In this document: in pieces, positions 27,882-38,886 of the stretch
Layout of the letters: each line of letters begins with the position of its first letter
Position numbering within the stretch: position 1 is the stretch's first letter
Origin: a virus
Taxonomy: Duplodnaviria > Caudoviricetes
DNA length: 64,000 nt
Strand: one strand, 5' to 3'
IMG/VR virus record: IMGVR_UViG_3300005546_000002
Location: 31,867-95,866 of that record
The notes under the pieces: model-generated
The model's input: only the letters and a program-made list of their open reading frames with translations
Database searches by the model: none
What the model was told of the DNA's origin: nothing
Translations under genes and position numbers: made by a program

Positions 27882-29745
27882 CTACCACGCTCAAAAACTG
27901 ATGCTCCATCAACTCGGGGCCGAACCTTAATGTCCATTCATCTTCAACAAAGTCCGCATCAATCCCAAGTCCGGGGATTACCAATCGCAGCTTATCCCTG
28001 CTTTCATGTATCGGCCTCGGCAACGTCTTGACCCTCAGCCGCTGCGCCCATCGCGCCGTCTCGTCAGAAACTATTTGCTGTCCGATAGCACCCGCAGTCG
28101 TATTATCCGGGGCGTCAGTTTGAACCAATACCGGCTTCGTCGGGAGAAAGACCGTACTGGTCGCGCTCCGTGCCTTGTCGTTCGTGACTATCGCTTGCAC
28201 ATCAGCAACATCCGGGTTGCCGTTAAACACGATTGCTTGATTAACTACCTTTCGCTGCTCTATCGCTAGCGTCGTATCATCAGCCGCGCTAATCACGCTC
28301 GTCTCATCGGCTACCAACGTCTCTACTACAGCGCGGTTGATATCCAATACCTGTTGCTCGATAACCGCCGAACCAAAGCCCGTGAATCGTATCGGACGAT
28401 AGTTAATCGCATTAAGCAGATAATTTATCGCATCGAGCGCCGGAGAGCCTACCTCGAAATCAATATCCGCTGAGGCCGTCAATGTCGTAGTCTGAACAGA
28501 CCAAGCTACCGTATCGAACCCGGCAAGCCTCGCTATCGCCAATACTCCTTTTGAAGTCGAGGTATCAGATGTTAAGAAGTTCCCGCCCGACTGCAAGGTA
28601 ATTCTCGATCCTAGCTTATAATCAGCGAGCGCTCGCGCTTGATCTTGCATGGTCAACACGTCGGTTATCCCAGTCGTCGTATACTGGCGATCTAGCGTAG
28701 GTAACAACGCGGTTATTTGCGGCCATTCCGCATACCCGCTACCGTCCGTTCCCGCTGTCGGCATCCTTACCCCATACCAGATTCTTATCCGGTCCCCTCT
28801 GTCCCTGTCGGTTAGAATCTCGTTCCGCTGATTCGCTCCCGCCTGAAATTCATCACGAATCGCTTTCGGACTCGGTACTCGGCTTAACATCCCGATCTCG
28901 TCTATCGAGCCCGGAAAATAATCACCACCCTGATCCCTGCCAATCTCTATTGCGAGATTTGAGAAGTTCAACGTCTTCGATACAACGCTCTTATACACCC
29001 GTTTGGCATCGACGTACATCAACACCGCGCTCCCGTCGTAAATTCCTATTACATGATGAGCCTTCCCATCATTCACCGCAACGTCGCTTGTGTATATAAT
29101 AGGAGTCGAAGGCGCGTCGGTAAAATAAAGCACCATCTCTAGCTTACCAGTAGTACTTACTCGAAACTGAAACACGCTCTGGCTCGTAAAGTTCTCTCGG
29201 CTGATAATAACCTTACTCGCCGCCGCCGCCGAAGTCAGCGAAACCCAAGCGGACAAAAACAAGGTAGATACATCCATCCAAGCCGCATCCGCGATGCTTA
29301 GATACCCGCTCGATCCGTCAAGTATGATCGAGTTATTCGCCGTATCCCCGGGCACCAGCGAACCCGCTCCGTAGGTAATTCCACTGTGGGTCGTAAAGGT
29401 TCGACCGTTGCCGGTCAAATCAACAAAGTTTCCACTCGTCTCGCCTAACCGCAGATGGAAGAGTCGATTCTGCGCCAAGATAGTGTCAGCGAAGCTCCGT
29501 AGTGGCGCTGGATGCTGGGTATCACGAAGCGTTTCCAGGAATCGCACTTGAGCCCCGCCCTGAATTGGCTGATCTTCTCTGTGAGATACGCTTCCGTCAG
29601 ACATCAGCCCGATCAAATCGTATAGCTTTACGAGATCGCTATCCAGCAACTCGGCTCGAACACGGATCAGCAACGGCATATCTAGCCCCTGTAGAGCCCG
29701 ATCTACCGCCGCCACCGTGTACCCGTTTACCGATTTACTTAACAT
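27868..29745 (-). CDS. Tail tip protein with LamG/concanavalin-like insert
   Basis: VNDGKAHHVIGIYDG..LMYVD...FPGSIDE LamG signature. Confidence 0.8.
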   Translation of the reverse strand: MLSKSVNGYTVAAVDRALQGLDMPLLIRVRAELLDSDLVKLYDLIGLMSDGSVSHREDQPIQGGAQVRFLETLRDTQHPAPLRSFADTILAQNRLFHLRLGETSGNFVDLTGNGRTFTTHSGITYGAGSLVPGDTANNSIILDGSSGYLSIADAAWMDVSTLFLSAWVSLTSAAAASKVIISRENFTSQSVFQFRVSTTGKLEMVLYFTDAPSTPIIYTSDVAVNDGKAHHVIGIYDGSAVLMYVDAKRVYKSVVSKTLNFSNLAIEIGRDQGGDYFPGSIDEIGMLSRVPSPKAIRDEFQAGANQRNEILTDRDRGDRIRIWYGVRMPTAGTDGSGYAEWPQITALLPTLDRQYTTTGITDVLTMQDQARALADYKLGSRITLQSGGNFLTSDTSTSKGVLAIARLAGFDTVAWSVQTTTLTASADIDFEVGSPALDAINYLLNAINYRPIRFTGFGSAVIEQQVLDINRAVVETLVADETSVISAADDTTLAIEQRKVVNQAIVFNGNPDVADVQAIVTNDKARSATSTVFLPTKPVLVQTDAPDNTTAGAIGQQIVSDETARWAQRLRVKTLPRPIHESRDKLRLVIPGLGIDADFVEDEWTLRFGPELMEHQFLSVVDVTT

Positions 29746-29746
29746 A

Positions 29747-29762
29747 GTCACGTCAACGTGAC
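29747..29762. repeat. 16-bp palindrome copy 14
   Basis: GTCACGTCAACGTGAC. Confidence 0.95.
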
Positions 29763-30440
29763 TTACGCCACGCTCTCCCTGAAGTCCAGTACCTGAAACC
29801 CTAAGACGGTCACAGCCGCAGCCCCTCCGTAGTTTTCATCAACCGGCTGAATTCTCCCAAACCACTTATTACCCAGCCCGGTACGTAGACAGCAATACAG
29901 CCGAGAAAGAAACATTGATCGAATAGTCTCCCTGTCCGCGCTCCCAAACGGGACTACTATTGGTATCTGTACGCCTAGCTCTTCAATACCGGACAAGCCA
30001 ACAACTGGAGCTAGCGCGTTGCCCAATACTCGCGCGAGCGATGCTAGTCCATAATCACGAGCATGAGCACCCGTCTCTGCGAGCTTCGCGGACAACACTG
30101 CGTTTTGAACCGGATCGTACTTAGTAACAGAGTGTAGCCACGCGCTCACCAGATGTACGGACCCATTCGCTGTCGCGCTCGCAGCCGTGTTCCCACTCGC
30201 GTCCACAGCTACCATCTGATAAGTATATGGAACGTCCGAGGCCACCGCGAAATCATCGTATATCGCGCCAGCGGTACTCCAAGCTATCGGATCAGCGATC
30301 TTAACCGCCAACCCGCCGTATTCACCAATCGCAGACCTGTACAGCCGATTATGATCTCCGGTCCCCGAGTTATGATACGCGATGCGTAGTTTCGAAGCCG
30401 ACGTTGCGGTTATGCTGTCTATTACCGGAGAAGATGGCAT
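29763..30440 (-). CDS. Minor tail protein (Fn3-like)
   Basis: YDDFAVASDVPYTYQMVAVDASGN; resembles the C-terminus of the upstream protein. Confidence 0.7.
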   Translation of the reverse strand: MPSSPVIDSITATSASKLRIAYHNSGTGDHNRLYRSAIGEYGGLAVKIADPIAWSTAGAIYDDFAVASDVPYTYQMVAVDASGNTAASATANGSVHLVSAWLHSVTKYDPVQNAVLSAKLAETGAHARDYGLASLARVLGNALAPVVGLSGIEELGVQIPIVVPFGSADRETIRSMFLSRLYCCLRTGLGNKWFGRIQPVDENYGGAAAVTVLGFQVLDFRESVA

Positions 30441-32660
30441 CTACAATCCCTCGCTGTATCTCGTCTGTTCGACCTCGAAAGTGACGATATGCAATTCATG
30501 GTCGTCAACAACCTTTGGTCTGCTCATCCGCCCGAAGATTCGATTACCGAGATTGTCTCTCGCGCAGCAGACATTCCCGCTCTGAGCCCGCCAGATAATA
30601 AACAGGTCGGTCAGCGTAGACTCCTGCGCGAACGGTATCGCCACAGAGACGGCCATTCGCTCCCATACGGCCTGCCCGTAGACGATAACCGGAGCCGATC
30701 TGCCAATCATCTGAAAGACCCCGGCTGCTTCATTATAACCATGAGTCGCCGAATCGGCTAGACTCAGGAGACTAACCGGATTCCCCAGCGCATTGCTACT
30801 CGCGTTACTCCTATGGACCGCATGAACCGCAAGGTTATCTAATGTCAATACCTGCGCGCTCGAATCAGCTCCGTCAGTAAACAGCCCGGCGCTGTTATAT
30901 GCGCGTGGGAAATATACGTACTGGACGCCTGATTTAACGTTATAGTCAGCAAAGCTCCCGTCTTCAAGTATCAGCCGACCAACTCTCAACGCCAGTGCCT
31001 TCGCTTGACCGCTTATCCGCCGCCATACCTCATTGTAGCTTACACTGTCGCTATTGGTAATCCGCGTCAAGATATGCAACAAGCCTAGAGAATAGAGAGC
31101 AGTCGGGGTCGCCGGACCGGTATAAGCGGGGGTAAACGTCTCGCTGTCTTCCGTGCTCCATAAGCCATACGAATTCTTAACACTGAGATAAAGCGTAACA
31201 GCGATTCCGTTCGCAAACGAATAAGGAGATTCAACGAACGACAAAACCGACCCGGCTACCTCTTCCGAATTATACGCCTCAACGCCGCCGATAACCACGC
31301 GCATACGGCGGGCAACGAACGCATCAGCGGCGGTAAAGGTAATCGTAGGCTGTGGATTTGACGGCGGGCTCCCCGCGAGCGGAGCCGTGATATTTGGCGC
31401 AGCCGGAAGAGCAGCGACAATAAATGCCCGCGCAGCCGAGTAAGCGGACTCCAACGATACCCCTCTAGTCTTAACCTTCAGATATACAGTCGTACCCACC
31501 GCCAGCGCTGAAAAGTCAATTGACGTGCCTTGAACAGCCGTCGATGTCGGCCCGACTGTCGTAGGACTCGTAAAAGCAATGTCCGTTGCCCATTGGAGGG
31601 TAAACTGAGTTTGGGGATTACCCGATCCCCCTTGATGCGCCCAAGCAATCGGAACAACAACCGCTTTGTTATACGCGACTCCCGCTGCGGGCAGGCTAAT
31701 AACTGGCGGACCCGGAGTAGTTTCCGCGATGATAGCAAACGTCGTATCGCTTGTATCATAATCAGCACTATACAACGTTCCATCGAAAGCACGAACACGA
31801 ATCAGATTTCCAGAACCTACAACGTTCGGCACCGTCCAAGCCTTGGATGTTACACCGGCGCTACTCAATCCTATGGTAGTCCACGTCCCACCATTATTCG
31901 TGCTATAACTGTATTCATACTGCAACGCGCTTTGAGCGACAGTCGGACTCGCCGCTGCCGTACAGTCGAGGGTAACGGAGGCTCCTACTACTAGGCTTTG
32001 CCCCCCATTCGGGTACACCACAGTCGAAATCGTTGGCCCCGGATACTGCTTGATCCCAAAAATGATATTCGCGTAAAGCCCGCTGATCCCAGTAAACGAG
32101 TTAGACCGAATGCCCGTACTACCGCTGTTCAGGAAGACGCTAACTCCCAGCGCAACGCTCGCATAACTCGAATTGGCCTCGCCAGCTAAGAGCATGTCGG
32201 TCGTGATCGTAGTTGGATTCGCAAACCCCTGCGTCCCAACCCAAAGCGCGATCACCATAGAGTTTGGGTCTGTGGTAATCGGACCAACCGAGAACGCTGT
32301 TCCAACTCCTACATTGCCGTTTGAACCAGTCACGGGCGAAGTCAGCGCCGCGCCCGACAGCACTAACACCACTGCCTTGAAATCATCCAACACCTGATCC
32401 GCACTGACCGTAATCGGATCAGCAACCACTCCTGCTTTCCAGTACGCTCTCGCTCTCGTCTGAACACCTGAAGCCGACTCCGCTTGATCTTCTATCGAAT
32501 TCCATCCTGTAGCGGTAAAGGTCGTAGCGGACCCTGTAATATCCGCCGTCCCTACCAGCAGTAGTAAAAGGTCCGCAACGGTATTAGCCGGGGGATCGAA
32601 CGTTAGGATGTTCGTATTCCTCTGGCTCCCGACCGCGTATCCTTGTCCAAGTGTTATCAT
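30441..32660 (-). CDS. Minor tail protein with Ig/Fn3-like domains
   Basis: YPNGGQ...WTVP...IRVRAFDG; FADYNVKSGVQYVY; follows tape measure. Confidence 0.75.
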   Translation of the reverse strand: MITLGQGYAVGSQRNTNILTFDPPANTVADLLLLLVGTADITGSATTFTATGWNSIEDQAESASGVQTRARAYWKAGVVADPITVSADQVLDDFKAVVLVLSGAALTSPVTGSNGNVGVGTAFSVGPITTDPNSMVIALWVGTQGFANPTTITTDMLLAGEANSSYASVALGVSVFLNSGSTGIRSNSFTGISGLYANIIFGIKQYPGPTISTVVYPNGGQSLVVGASVTLDCTAAASPTVAQSALQYEYSYSTNNGGTWTTIGLSSAGVTSKAWTVPNVVGSGNLIRVRAFDGTLYSADYDTSDTTFAIIAETTPGPPVISLPAAGVAYNKAVVVPIAWAHQGGSGNPQTQFTLQWATDIAFTSPTTVGPTSTAVQGTSIDFSALAVGTTVYLKVKTRGVSLESAYSAARAFIVAALPAAPNITAPLAGSPPSNPQPTITFTAADAFVARRMRVVIGGVEAYNSEEVAGSVLSFVESPYSFANGIAVTLYLSVKNSYGLWSTEDSETFTPAYTGPATPTALYSLGLLHILTRITNSDSVSYNEVWRRISGQAKALALRVGRLILEDGSFADYNVKSGVQYVYFPRAYNSAGLFTDGADSSAQVLTLDNLAVHAVHRSNASSNALGNPVSLLSLADSATHGYNEAAGVFQMIGRSAPVIVYGQAVWERMAVSVAIPFAQESTLTDLFIIWRAQSGNVCCARDNLGNRIFGRMSRPKVVDDHELHIVTFEVEQTRYSEGL

Positions 32661-32663
32661 AGA

Positions 32664-32679
32664 ATCACGTCAACGTGAC
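32664..32679. repeat. 16-bp palindrome copy 15
   Basis: ATCACGTCAACGTGAC. Confidence 0.95.
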
Positions 32680-32681
32680 TT

Positions 32682-35600
32682 TTAGTCGTACTGACCTAAT
32701 ACCCCGGCAAGCTCCGGATACAGGGTTAACAACGCGCTGATCTTCGTCCACTCTTCTACGCTGATTCCGCCGCTACCGATGCTCACCGCTACCCCGCCTA
32801 ACTGGATCGTAAGCCCACCCGTTGGCACCACGGACGTAGCGGACATAGGCGCATAAGTAGAAGACGCGCTCATCGTTGTAGCTCCGACTGACTGCGCTCC
32901 TGTATCTGGCGGCATCGTGATATTGACCCCAAACGACCCTAGTGCGAATCCGAGATTCTTGATAGCCGCCCGGAATATCTCTACCGCGCTCGATAGATGC
33001 GCCGCCCCTGTCTTCATATTCTCTTCGAATGTGACGCTCAGAGCGATAAACTTCGCGGACTGCTCAATCATGTTGTTCATCAAAATCAGCGCCAATTCAA
33101 AGTCTTTCGCTAGGGCCGCAAACGTCTCCCCGGCTATCTGTTTGTAGTCCCTCAACGCTCCTAATGCCTCTACTGCCGCCTTGATCGCCGCGAAGATCGA
33201 CATACTCGCCTCGGCAATAGCCTGTGCTCGGTTTAACGCCTCTGTGTCTAGCGTAGAAGCCAATTCGGTCATCAACGATAGCGCCCTCTTAATCGAATCG
33301 AACAGATTCCTGAAGTCATTCTCTGACGGAACTGGGGCATCCACCATACTTCGAATCGCCTCCACTGAGGACTTCCAGAGATCAACGCCGGGAGCTACCT
33401 TCTCGGCAAAGAATTCAATCTGCTTGACTACGAACTTATCAAAGAACTGTGCTAGGTCCGCCAGTCTAACAACTATCTGCTTAAGACTCGCCTGCCAGTC
33501 GTCAAACGCCCCTTCTGGAATAGGCCGGAGATCGAACATATCCTTGATCCCCGTTGTGATATTCGAAAGAATCTCAGCGGGAGCCGTTAGCTGCTCTCCG
33601 AACTTTCGAACAGAGCGCAAGAACTTCCGAGTAAAGTCATCAGCGAGATTACCGAACGCTACCAGTACGCGCCCGAAGTCAGCAAAGAACTTTGTAATCG
33701 AGGACTCGCTAACCCCTAAGTATTTCGCTATCGCAGTCAGCGCCGTAGGAGCCAAAGCAATCGCCTCGCTCATCACCTTCATATCTTCCGCAAACACTTT
33801 GATCTTGTCCGACGCATCAACCATCCAATTCTTTGCATGCTCCGCGAACGCCTTCATCAACTTATCAAGGTCTTCGAAGAACGCCTTAAACGCGTCCTTT
33901 GGGACCCTTGTGTAGAAAATGATAGCCTCTAAGAGCTGACGGGCCTTGTCTGCGGTTGCCAGAACAGACTGCTTCGTTGCCTCAAATGCTTGCTCTACTG
34001 CTTGCTGGGAAAGCTTGATATCGTCCTTAGCCTTTTGTAACGCAGCGGCCTCTTGAGCTTTTTGGAGCTGAGTCTTGCCGCCGCCAAGCAGACCGCCAAT
34101 CACCCCCGCAACGCCGCCGATCACCGCTCCCCACGGTCCGTACTTTAATCCAGACAGCGCGCCAGTTATACCGCCCGCCAACGCGCCTATAGCTTTACTG
34201 CCGGTCGCGTTTGCTGTCTGCAACCCGGTGATAAATGCCGTAATGCCCGCAAGCGCAATGCCGAACGCTCTATTGATACCCTTTCCGTCTTCTTCCGAAC
34301 TCTTCGCTAGCTCATGTAGGCTATCCGTTACTCCAATAGTCGCATCGATTTCAGCCTGCTGAGCCCTCTCAAGATCGCTAGTTGAGTTTTTCGCGCCTTG
34401 CGCTGCGGAAGAAATCCCCTTGAAGAACGATTCAATCTCACCAAGCACGCCCGCCAATCCATCTGGAATCGACGCAAATATTTTATGAAGCCCCTTGAGC
34501 AATCCGTCGATCTGGTCGATCCACTTCGTGATCTCGCTAGTGGACTTTCGCAGAGCATCCCCAAACTTACCCGGTATCGAATCAATGACCTGAAACAGCC
34601 CGGCCACCTGATGCTCTGCCCCCACAGCCATTTTGTTGAATATCTCGTCTAGGGCTCCGGGGAGCCGATCCATACTCCGCTTCGCGTTCGCTACCACGAG
34701 ATCAAAGATTGCCAGCATCTCCGGTGGTAACGTTCCTCGCATCTTCGCCATCTCGGTTAGAATGCGAGTGTTAATTTGATCCTGTGTTAAGCCCAGTCGC
34801 TCGCCCTCGCGCGTGACAATCTGAATCACGCCCTCATAGGCTTTCGCCGCCTCATCCTTCATCTTCATCTCTTGAAAGAGCGGGCTCGACGCAATATCTT
34901 CCTTGAGCCTCTTTACTGATTCTCTCAGCGCGTCAAGCGCCGGGGTCAACGACGGAACCAGTCTCTGCGCTACCTGAAAGGTCTTCCCCAGACTATCAAC
35001 CCACGTATCAGACCATTGCTCCACGTCCTTCGCGCTCTGATTGACCGGCTCTTTGATATCTCGGAAGTTCTGAGCAATGATCTTGATATCAACACCCGCG
35101 CGCTCCGCAACGGCCCGAATCTTATCTCCCCAAGCAGACCAGTCGCCGATAGCGACATCTATTACCTGCTTATGCCCGGCCATCGCCGTTACCGATGCCG
35201 CTAACGCTTCTGCCTGCCCCTTCTGAATTACATCCTGAATAGCATGAAACACAGCGGACGCTCGCTCAAGCGCCGCTTTAGTATCCGGCGAAAGCAATTT
35301 TTTCCAAACATCTTCCGATATCTGAACCTTCGAATCGATCGCTTTCAGCCAGTCGTTAACGAGATCGAGCTGAGCCTTCATTATCTTCTCAGTCTCGTCT
35401 TTAATCTGCTTTCCTTTTTTCTTCGCTGCTCCCGCAACATCGTCCATCCCTTCGATCATTCTCGCGTTAGACCCCGCCCAGTCTTGAGCCGTCTTCGAAA
35501 ACGATGCGCGAGCATCCTCCGACATCGAATGCCAAGTTTCAGCGCTTATCGGCTTGCCCTTAACAACCCCCTGAATATAGGCATTGACCAGCTTCAACCC

Positions 35601-37847
35601 CGCTTCTTCCATCGACTGATGCTGGGTCGCGCTCGCCTTCTTAAACTCCTGTCCGGCATTCGCCGCCGCTAGCGCAAAGCTCTTCGTAAACTCCCCGGAC
35701 GCGTGAGAGGCAATGTCCTTCATGTCCCCGGCTACCCTGCCTAATAACCCTTTCAGCGCCCCCTGAATTGCCTTACCGGAATCAACGGTCGTAGCAGCCA
35801 AACTGCCCACCGCTACGGCGAACCCGGCTATATCGTTATTCGCAAGCGCAATCGCCGCCGCCCCCGCGTCCTTGATAGAGTAAAAGGCTTGCTTTACCCC
35901 CTGAGCCATCAAAAGAGCACCAGAGACTACGATATCAAACGCCATGATCGCGGAACGAGCAAAGACCTGGAAAATATCAACAACGGCTCCGATATACATC
36001 GCTATTTCAATAAAGTTCAGCCGGAGCGCCTGACTACTAGTCGAGCCTATCGCGGTAATGCGATTGAAGTTCAACGCCACGGTAGCCGCTAATGCCCCTA
36101 CAGCCAGCCCGAGCCCAGCGACAGCCAGCGCAACAGGACCACCTAATAGAAACACCAGCCCACCGAGCGCCACGGACACCGCACCTACGGCTCCGACTGC
36201 TGCGAAGAACGCGGCGACTGCCGCTATTATCACCGGAGGCAGTTTGCCGATAAACAGCACCACTTCCGGGAGTATCCCGTTCAACGTCTGTAGCCCTGAA
36301 GCCAGCCCCGGTCCGAGCGAATTTACTAACTCTAATCCCAGCGCTTGGAAACTGTTCGCAAGAATGCTCGCCTGAGCCCCGAGCGTCCCCATCACGCGAT
36401 CAAAGTCTTGTTGAGTCGGCTTAAGCTTCCCAGCCATCACGTCGTTCAGTTCCACAAGTCGATCCTTGTAGTCCTGAGCTGCCGTAGTGGTCAGCATAAT
36501 AACGCCGATGCCGCCCCTCATAGCAGGCACCAGCTTTAGTATCTCGGCCGTATTTCCGCCGACCGCCTTTGAGATATCCTCTAGTACCCCGGACAGCCCC
36601 TTGGAAGCCAAACCAGCCTGCGAGAAGTCATGAACAAGGTCGATCCCGGTCGCCTTAGATAGCCGTGCTACCTCTTCCGCTGCCTGCTTCGACGGATTAG
36701 CAATCTTAACGATAGCCCCCTGAAGCAAAGTCGCCGCCTGCGCCGCTGAGAGCCCCGCGCTGGTCAGCGACGACAACGCAGCCGAAGCATCAACCAAAGA
36801 GATACCCATCGCGTGAGCTATAGAAAACACCCGCCCGGTCACCGCCGTAAACTGTTCGAGGGTCTGCCCGCCCCTTGCAGCCGCAAGGTGCAGGATATCC
36901 ATTGTCTGCGCGGCCTGCGCAGCCGGAATCTGGAATGTATGCATCGCCACGGCGAGCGCCCGCGTGGTCTGTTCCGCGTCCGCTCCGGTCGCCACAGCCG
37001 ACTTCAACGACGCCTCTACAACGAGATTCGCATCGGCGAAATGGAACCCGAAGTTAGCCGCCTGCATATACGACTTGCCTATTTGATCCATCGCTACGGG
37101 CGTAGACAACCCGAGTCGTATCACCGACTGTTGCAGGTTCGCGAACTCCGCCGCTGACATCGAGGTATTACCCGCGACATGAACAAGCTCTTGCTGTAGA
37201 TCACTCCCTGATTTTATAAGTACCCCAAACGCAGCGCCGACCGCCGCTAACGCCGTTCCGCCCATCACTAGCCCGGTACTCATCGAGCGAATGCTCGACC
37301 CTAAGTTCGTCGTCTCCGTTTGCGCCCTCTTAGCAGCGGCTTCCGCCTCCTTCATTGCCGCCGCTTCTTGTTTAAGAGCATCACCAGCCTTCTTAGCATC
37401 GTTCGCTAGCTGAGCTTTATCAGCGCTCAGCCCGCGAGCCGCCGCTGATAGTTGCCTATAGTCTTCCTTGAGCGTCTTAACCTGAGCGCTATTGGACCCG
37501 AACTTAGCCGTAGCATCAGCGATCTTTTGCGCCATCTCCGCCATCTGAGATCGCGTATCCAACAACTCTTTCTGAAATGAGTCTGCCTCTGCTTTAGCCG
37601 ACGCTAGCGCGGCCTTTAGCCCGCCAAGATTTCCCTGTAGCTGCTGAACGCCTACCGCTGCCTGTTGCGCTTGAGCGCTCATACTAGCGCCGAAGCTCCC
37701 GCCAGCCTGCGATAGCGCAGCGGTCATCTGCTGTGCCGTCTCAGAGACGATCTTTCGGGCCTGTTCCGACTTCGCCTGAAGGTCGGATAGATCGCCTGTG
37801 AAGAACGTCTTTAGCTCGGCAATTTCCGTTAAGGCTTCGCTGCTCAT
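32682..37847 (-). CDS. Tape measure protein
   Basis: About 1720 aa, Ala/Gly-rich helical, TP901-type core, TM stretches. Confidence 0.95.
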   Translation of the reverse strand: MSSEALTEIAELKTFFTGDLSDLQAKSEQARKIVSETAQQMTAALSQAGGSFGASMSAQAQQAAVGVQQLQGNLGGLKAALASAKAEADSFQKELLDTRSQMAEMAQKIADATAKFGSNSAQVKTLKEDYRQLSAAARGLSADKAQLANDAKKAGDALKQEAAAMKEAEAAAKRAQTETTNLGSSIRSMSTGLVMGGTALAAVGAAFGVLIKSGSDLQQELVHVAGNTSMSAAEFANLQQSVIRLGLSTPVAMDQIGKSYMQAANFGFHFADANLVVEASLKSAVATGADAEQTTRALAVAMHTFQIPAAQAAQTMDILHLAAARGGQTLEQFTAVTGRVFSIAHAMGISLVDASAALSSLTSAGLSAAQAATLLQGAIVKIANPSKQAAEEVARLSKATGIDLVHDFSQAGLASKGLSGVLEDISKAVGGNTAEILKLVPAMRGGIGVIMLTTTAAQDYKDRLVELNDVMAGKLKPTQQDFDRVMGTLGAQASILANSFQALGLELVNSLGPGLASGLQTLNGILPEVVLFIGKLPPVIIAAVAAFFAAVGAVGAVSVALGGLVFLLGGPVALAVAGLGLAVGALAATVALNFNRITAIGSTSSQALRLNFIEIAMYIGAVVDIFQVFARSAIMAFDIVVSGALLMAQGVKQAFYSIKDAGAAAIALANNDIAGFAVAVGSLAATTVDSGKAIQGALKGLLGRVAGDMKDIASHASGEFTKSFALAAANAGQEFKKASATQHQSMEEAGLKLVNAYIQGVVKGKPISAETWHSMSEDARASFSKTAQDWAGSNARMIEGMDDVAGAAKKKGKQIKDETEKIMKAQLDLVNDWLKAIDSKVQISEDVWKKLLSPDTKAALERASAVFHAIQDVIQKGQAEALAASVTAMAGHKQVIDVAIGDWSAWGDKIRAVAERAGVDIKIIAQNFRDIKEPVNQSAKDVEQWSDTWVDSLGKTFQVAQRLVPSLTPALDALRESVKRLKEDIASSPLFQEMKMKDEAAKAYEGVIQIVTREGERLGLTQDQINTRILTEMAKMRGTLPPEMLAIFDLVVANAKRSMDRLPGALDEIFNKMAVGAEHQVAGLFQVIDSIPGKFGDALRKSTSEITKWIDQIDGLLKGLHKIFASIPDGLAGVLGEIESFFKGISSAAQGAKNSTSDLERAQQAEIDATIGVTDSLHELAKSSEEDGKGINRAFGIALAGITAFITGLQTANATGSKAIGALAGGITGALSGLKYGPWGAVIGGVAGVIGGLLGGGKTQLQKAQEAAALQKAKDDIKLSQQAVEQAFEATKQSVLATADKARQLLEAIIFYTRVPKDAFKAFFEDLDKLMKAFAEHAKNWMVDASDKIKVFAEDMKVMSEAIALAPTALTAIAKYLGVSESSITKFFADFGRVLVAFGNLADDFTRKFLRSVRKFGEQLTAPAEILSNITTGIKDMFDLRPIPEGAFDDWQASLKQIVVRLADLAQFFDKFVVKQIEFFAEKVAPGVDLWKSSVEAIRSMVDAPVPSENDFRNLFDSIKRALSLMTELASTLDTEALNRAQAIAEASMSIFAAIKAAVEALGALRDYKQIAGETFAALAKDFELALILMNNMIEQSAKFIALSVTFEENMKTGAAHLSSAVEIFRAAIKNLGFALGSFGVNITMPPDTGAQSVGATTMSASSTYAPMSATSVVPTGGLTIQLGGVAVSIGSGGISVEEWTKISALLTLYPELAGVLGQYD

Positions 37848-37858
37848 AAACAAAGAGA

Positions 37859-37874
37859 GTCACGTTGACGTGAC
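37859..37874. repeat. 16-bp palindrome copy 16
   Basis: GTCACGTTGACGTGAC. Confidence 0.95.
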
Positions 37875-37877
37875 TCC

Positions 37878-38126
37878 CTATCTCCCGGTCTTTCTCCTGA
37901 TTTCCGCTTTGCGCCTCATCTGGTCTTCAGCCCTTGACCGCGCTCGCATATAGGTCATCAGCCGTCGCTTTGTCTCCAGCGACGTATCGTCATATTCTTG
38001 CTCCGTCCAGCCAGTTTCGAGGATTATCTGAACGTCCGGGAGCCAGCTTGGAGCGTCCTCCATTCGGACCAGCCCCGGAGCCTGCATCATCTGGCTGATC
38101 CACCGTTCTTCCTCGTCACTTTTCCC
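37878..38126 (-). CDS. Tail assembly chaperone, -1 frameshift extension
   Basis: Reached by slippage at G GGA AAA (38126-38120). Confidence 0.75.
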   Translation of the reverse strand, partial: GKSDEEERWISQMMQAPGLVRMEDAPSWLPDVQIILETGWTEQEYDDTSLETKRRLMTYMRARSRAEDQMRRKAEIRRKTGR

Positions 38127-38806
38127 CGGCCAATTACCTCCATGAGCCACCCGCGAAGATCGCCAGCGAACGTATCAGGAGGCTCTTCACCTTCCGCACA
38201 CGGCTTATTGAAGTCCAGCTTCTTCCCCCGCCAGCCAATCGTGTGATCGTCTACTACGAGGGAGAAGAACTCCGCTCTCAGCAACTCGTAGGCGGACGGC
38301 ATCTTGAGCAGCCGGTCGATCTCGGCTCGAATCGCCTCATGCTTATCCTTCCATTCCTGTTCCAGCTCGGCTATCTGACGTTCGAATCCGATCCGCGCCG
38401 CATCCGCCGCCTCAATCGCTTGCTCCGGCGTCCTGTCCCCGTCCTCATAATCCGAGTCCTTTACAGCATCGAGCTTCCGCTGTAGCCGCTCAATCTCGCG
38501 ACTGGGCTTGCACCGGGATAGCTGCTGCTGCTGGAACTCAACAAGAGCCGGTAGTTGTACGATCTCGTTGAATCGCCTGTTGATCACATTCAGATGCCCG
38601 GACCGCAATGCCCTGATCCTGATATCAAACCGAATCTTTCTCTCCGGCTGGCTCTTATCCGGCGTCCACCACTGGGTCACTATCTCCCCGGCGTACTGAT
38701 CCAAACTGAACAACCCGGCAGTATCTCCAGCCTCTATCGATCCAGGCCCCGCCGACCCCGACCCCGCAATCGTGTTCTCGACATCGGCCTCTAGATTCTC
38801 GTCCAT
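38087..38806 (-). CDS. Tail assembly chaperone
   Basis: Between tail tube and tape measure; slippery site near the 3' end. Confidence 0.75.
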   Translation of the reverse strand: MDENLEADVENTIAGSGSAGPGSIEAGDTAGLFSLDQYAGEIVTQWWTPDKSQPERKIRFDIRIRALRSGHLNVINRRFNEIVQLPALVEFQQQQLSRCKPSREIERLQRKLDAVKDSDYEDGDRTPEQAIEAADAARIGFERQIAELEQEWKDKHEAIRAEIDRLLKMPSAYELLRAEFFSLVVDDHTIGWRGKKLDFNKPCAEGEEPPDTFAGDLRGWLMEVIGRGKVTRKNGGSAR

Positions 38807-38824
38807 AACATCTCCCTTTCGATG

Positions 38825-38847
38825 AAAAAGGGGAGCCGCCGCTCCCC
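38825..38847 (-). terminator. Intrinsic terminator
   Basis: GGGGAGC-GGCG-GCTCCCC-TTTTT. Confidence 0.8.
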
Positions 38848-38886
38848 GGATTCTCCACAGAGGACCTCGTTTTGCGCACGCACCGA

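Noticed and set aside
29747-29762. TTGACG within the palindrome as a -35 box
   Set aside because: It occurs in both orientations, adjacent ATGs are too close, and I saw no consistent -10 at 17 nt.
27114-32660. Diversity-generating retroelement or invertible tail-fibre cassette
   Set aside because: No reverse transcriptase, invertase or TR/VR repeat pair seen.
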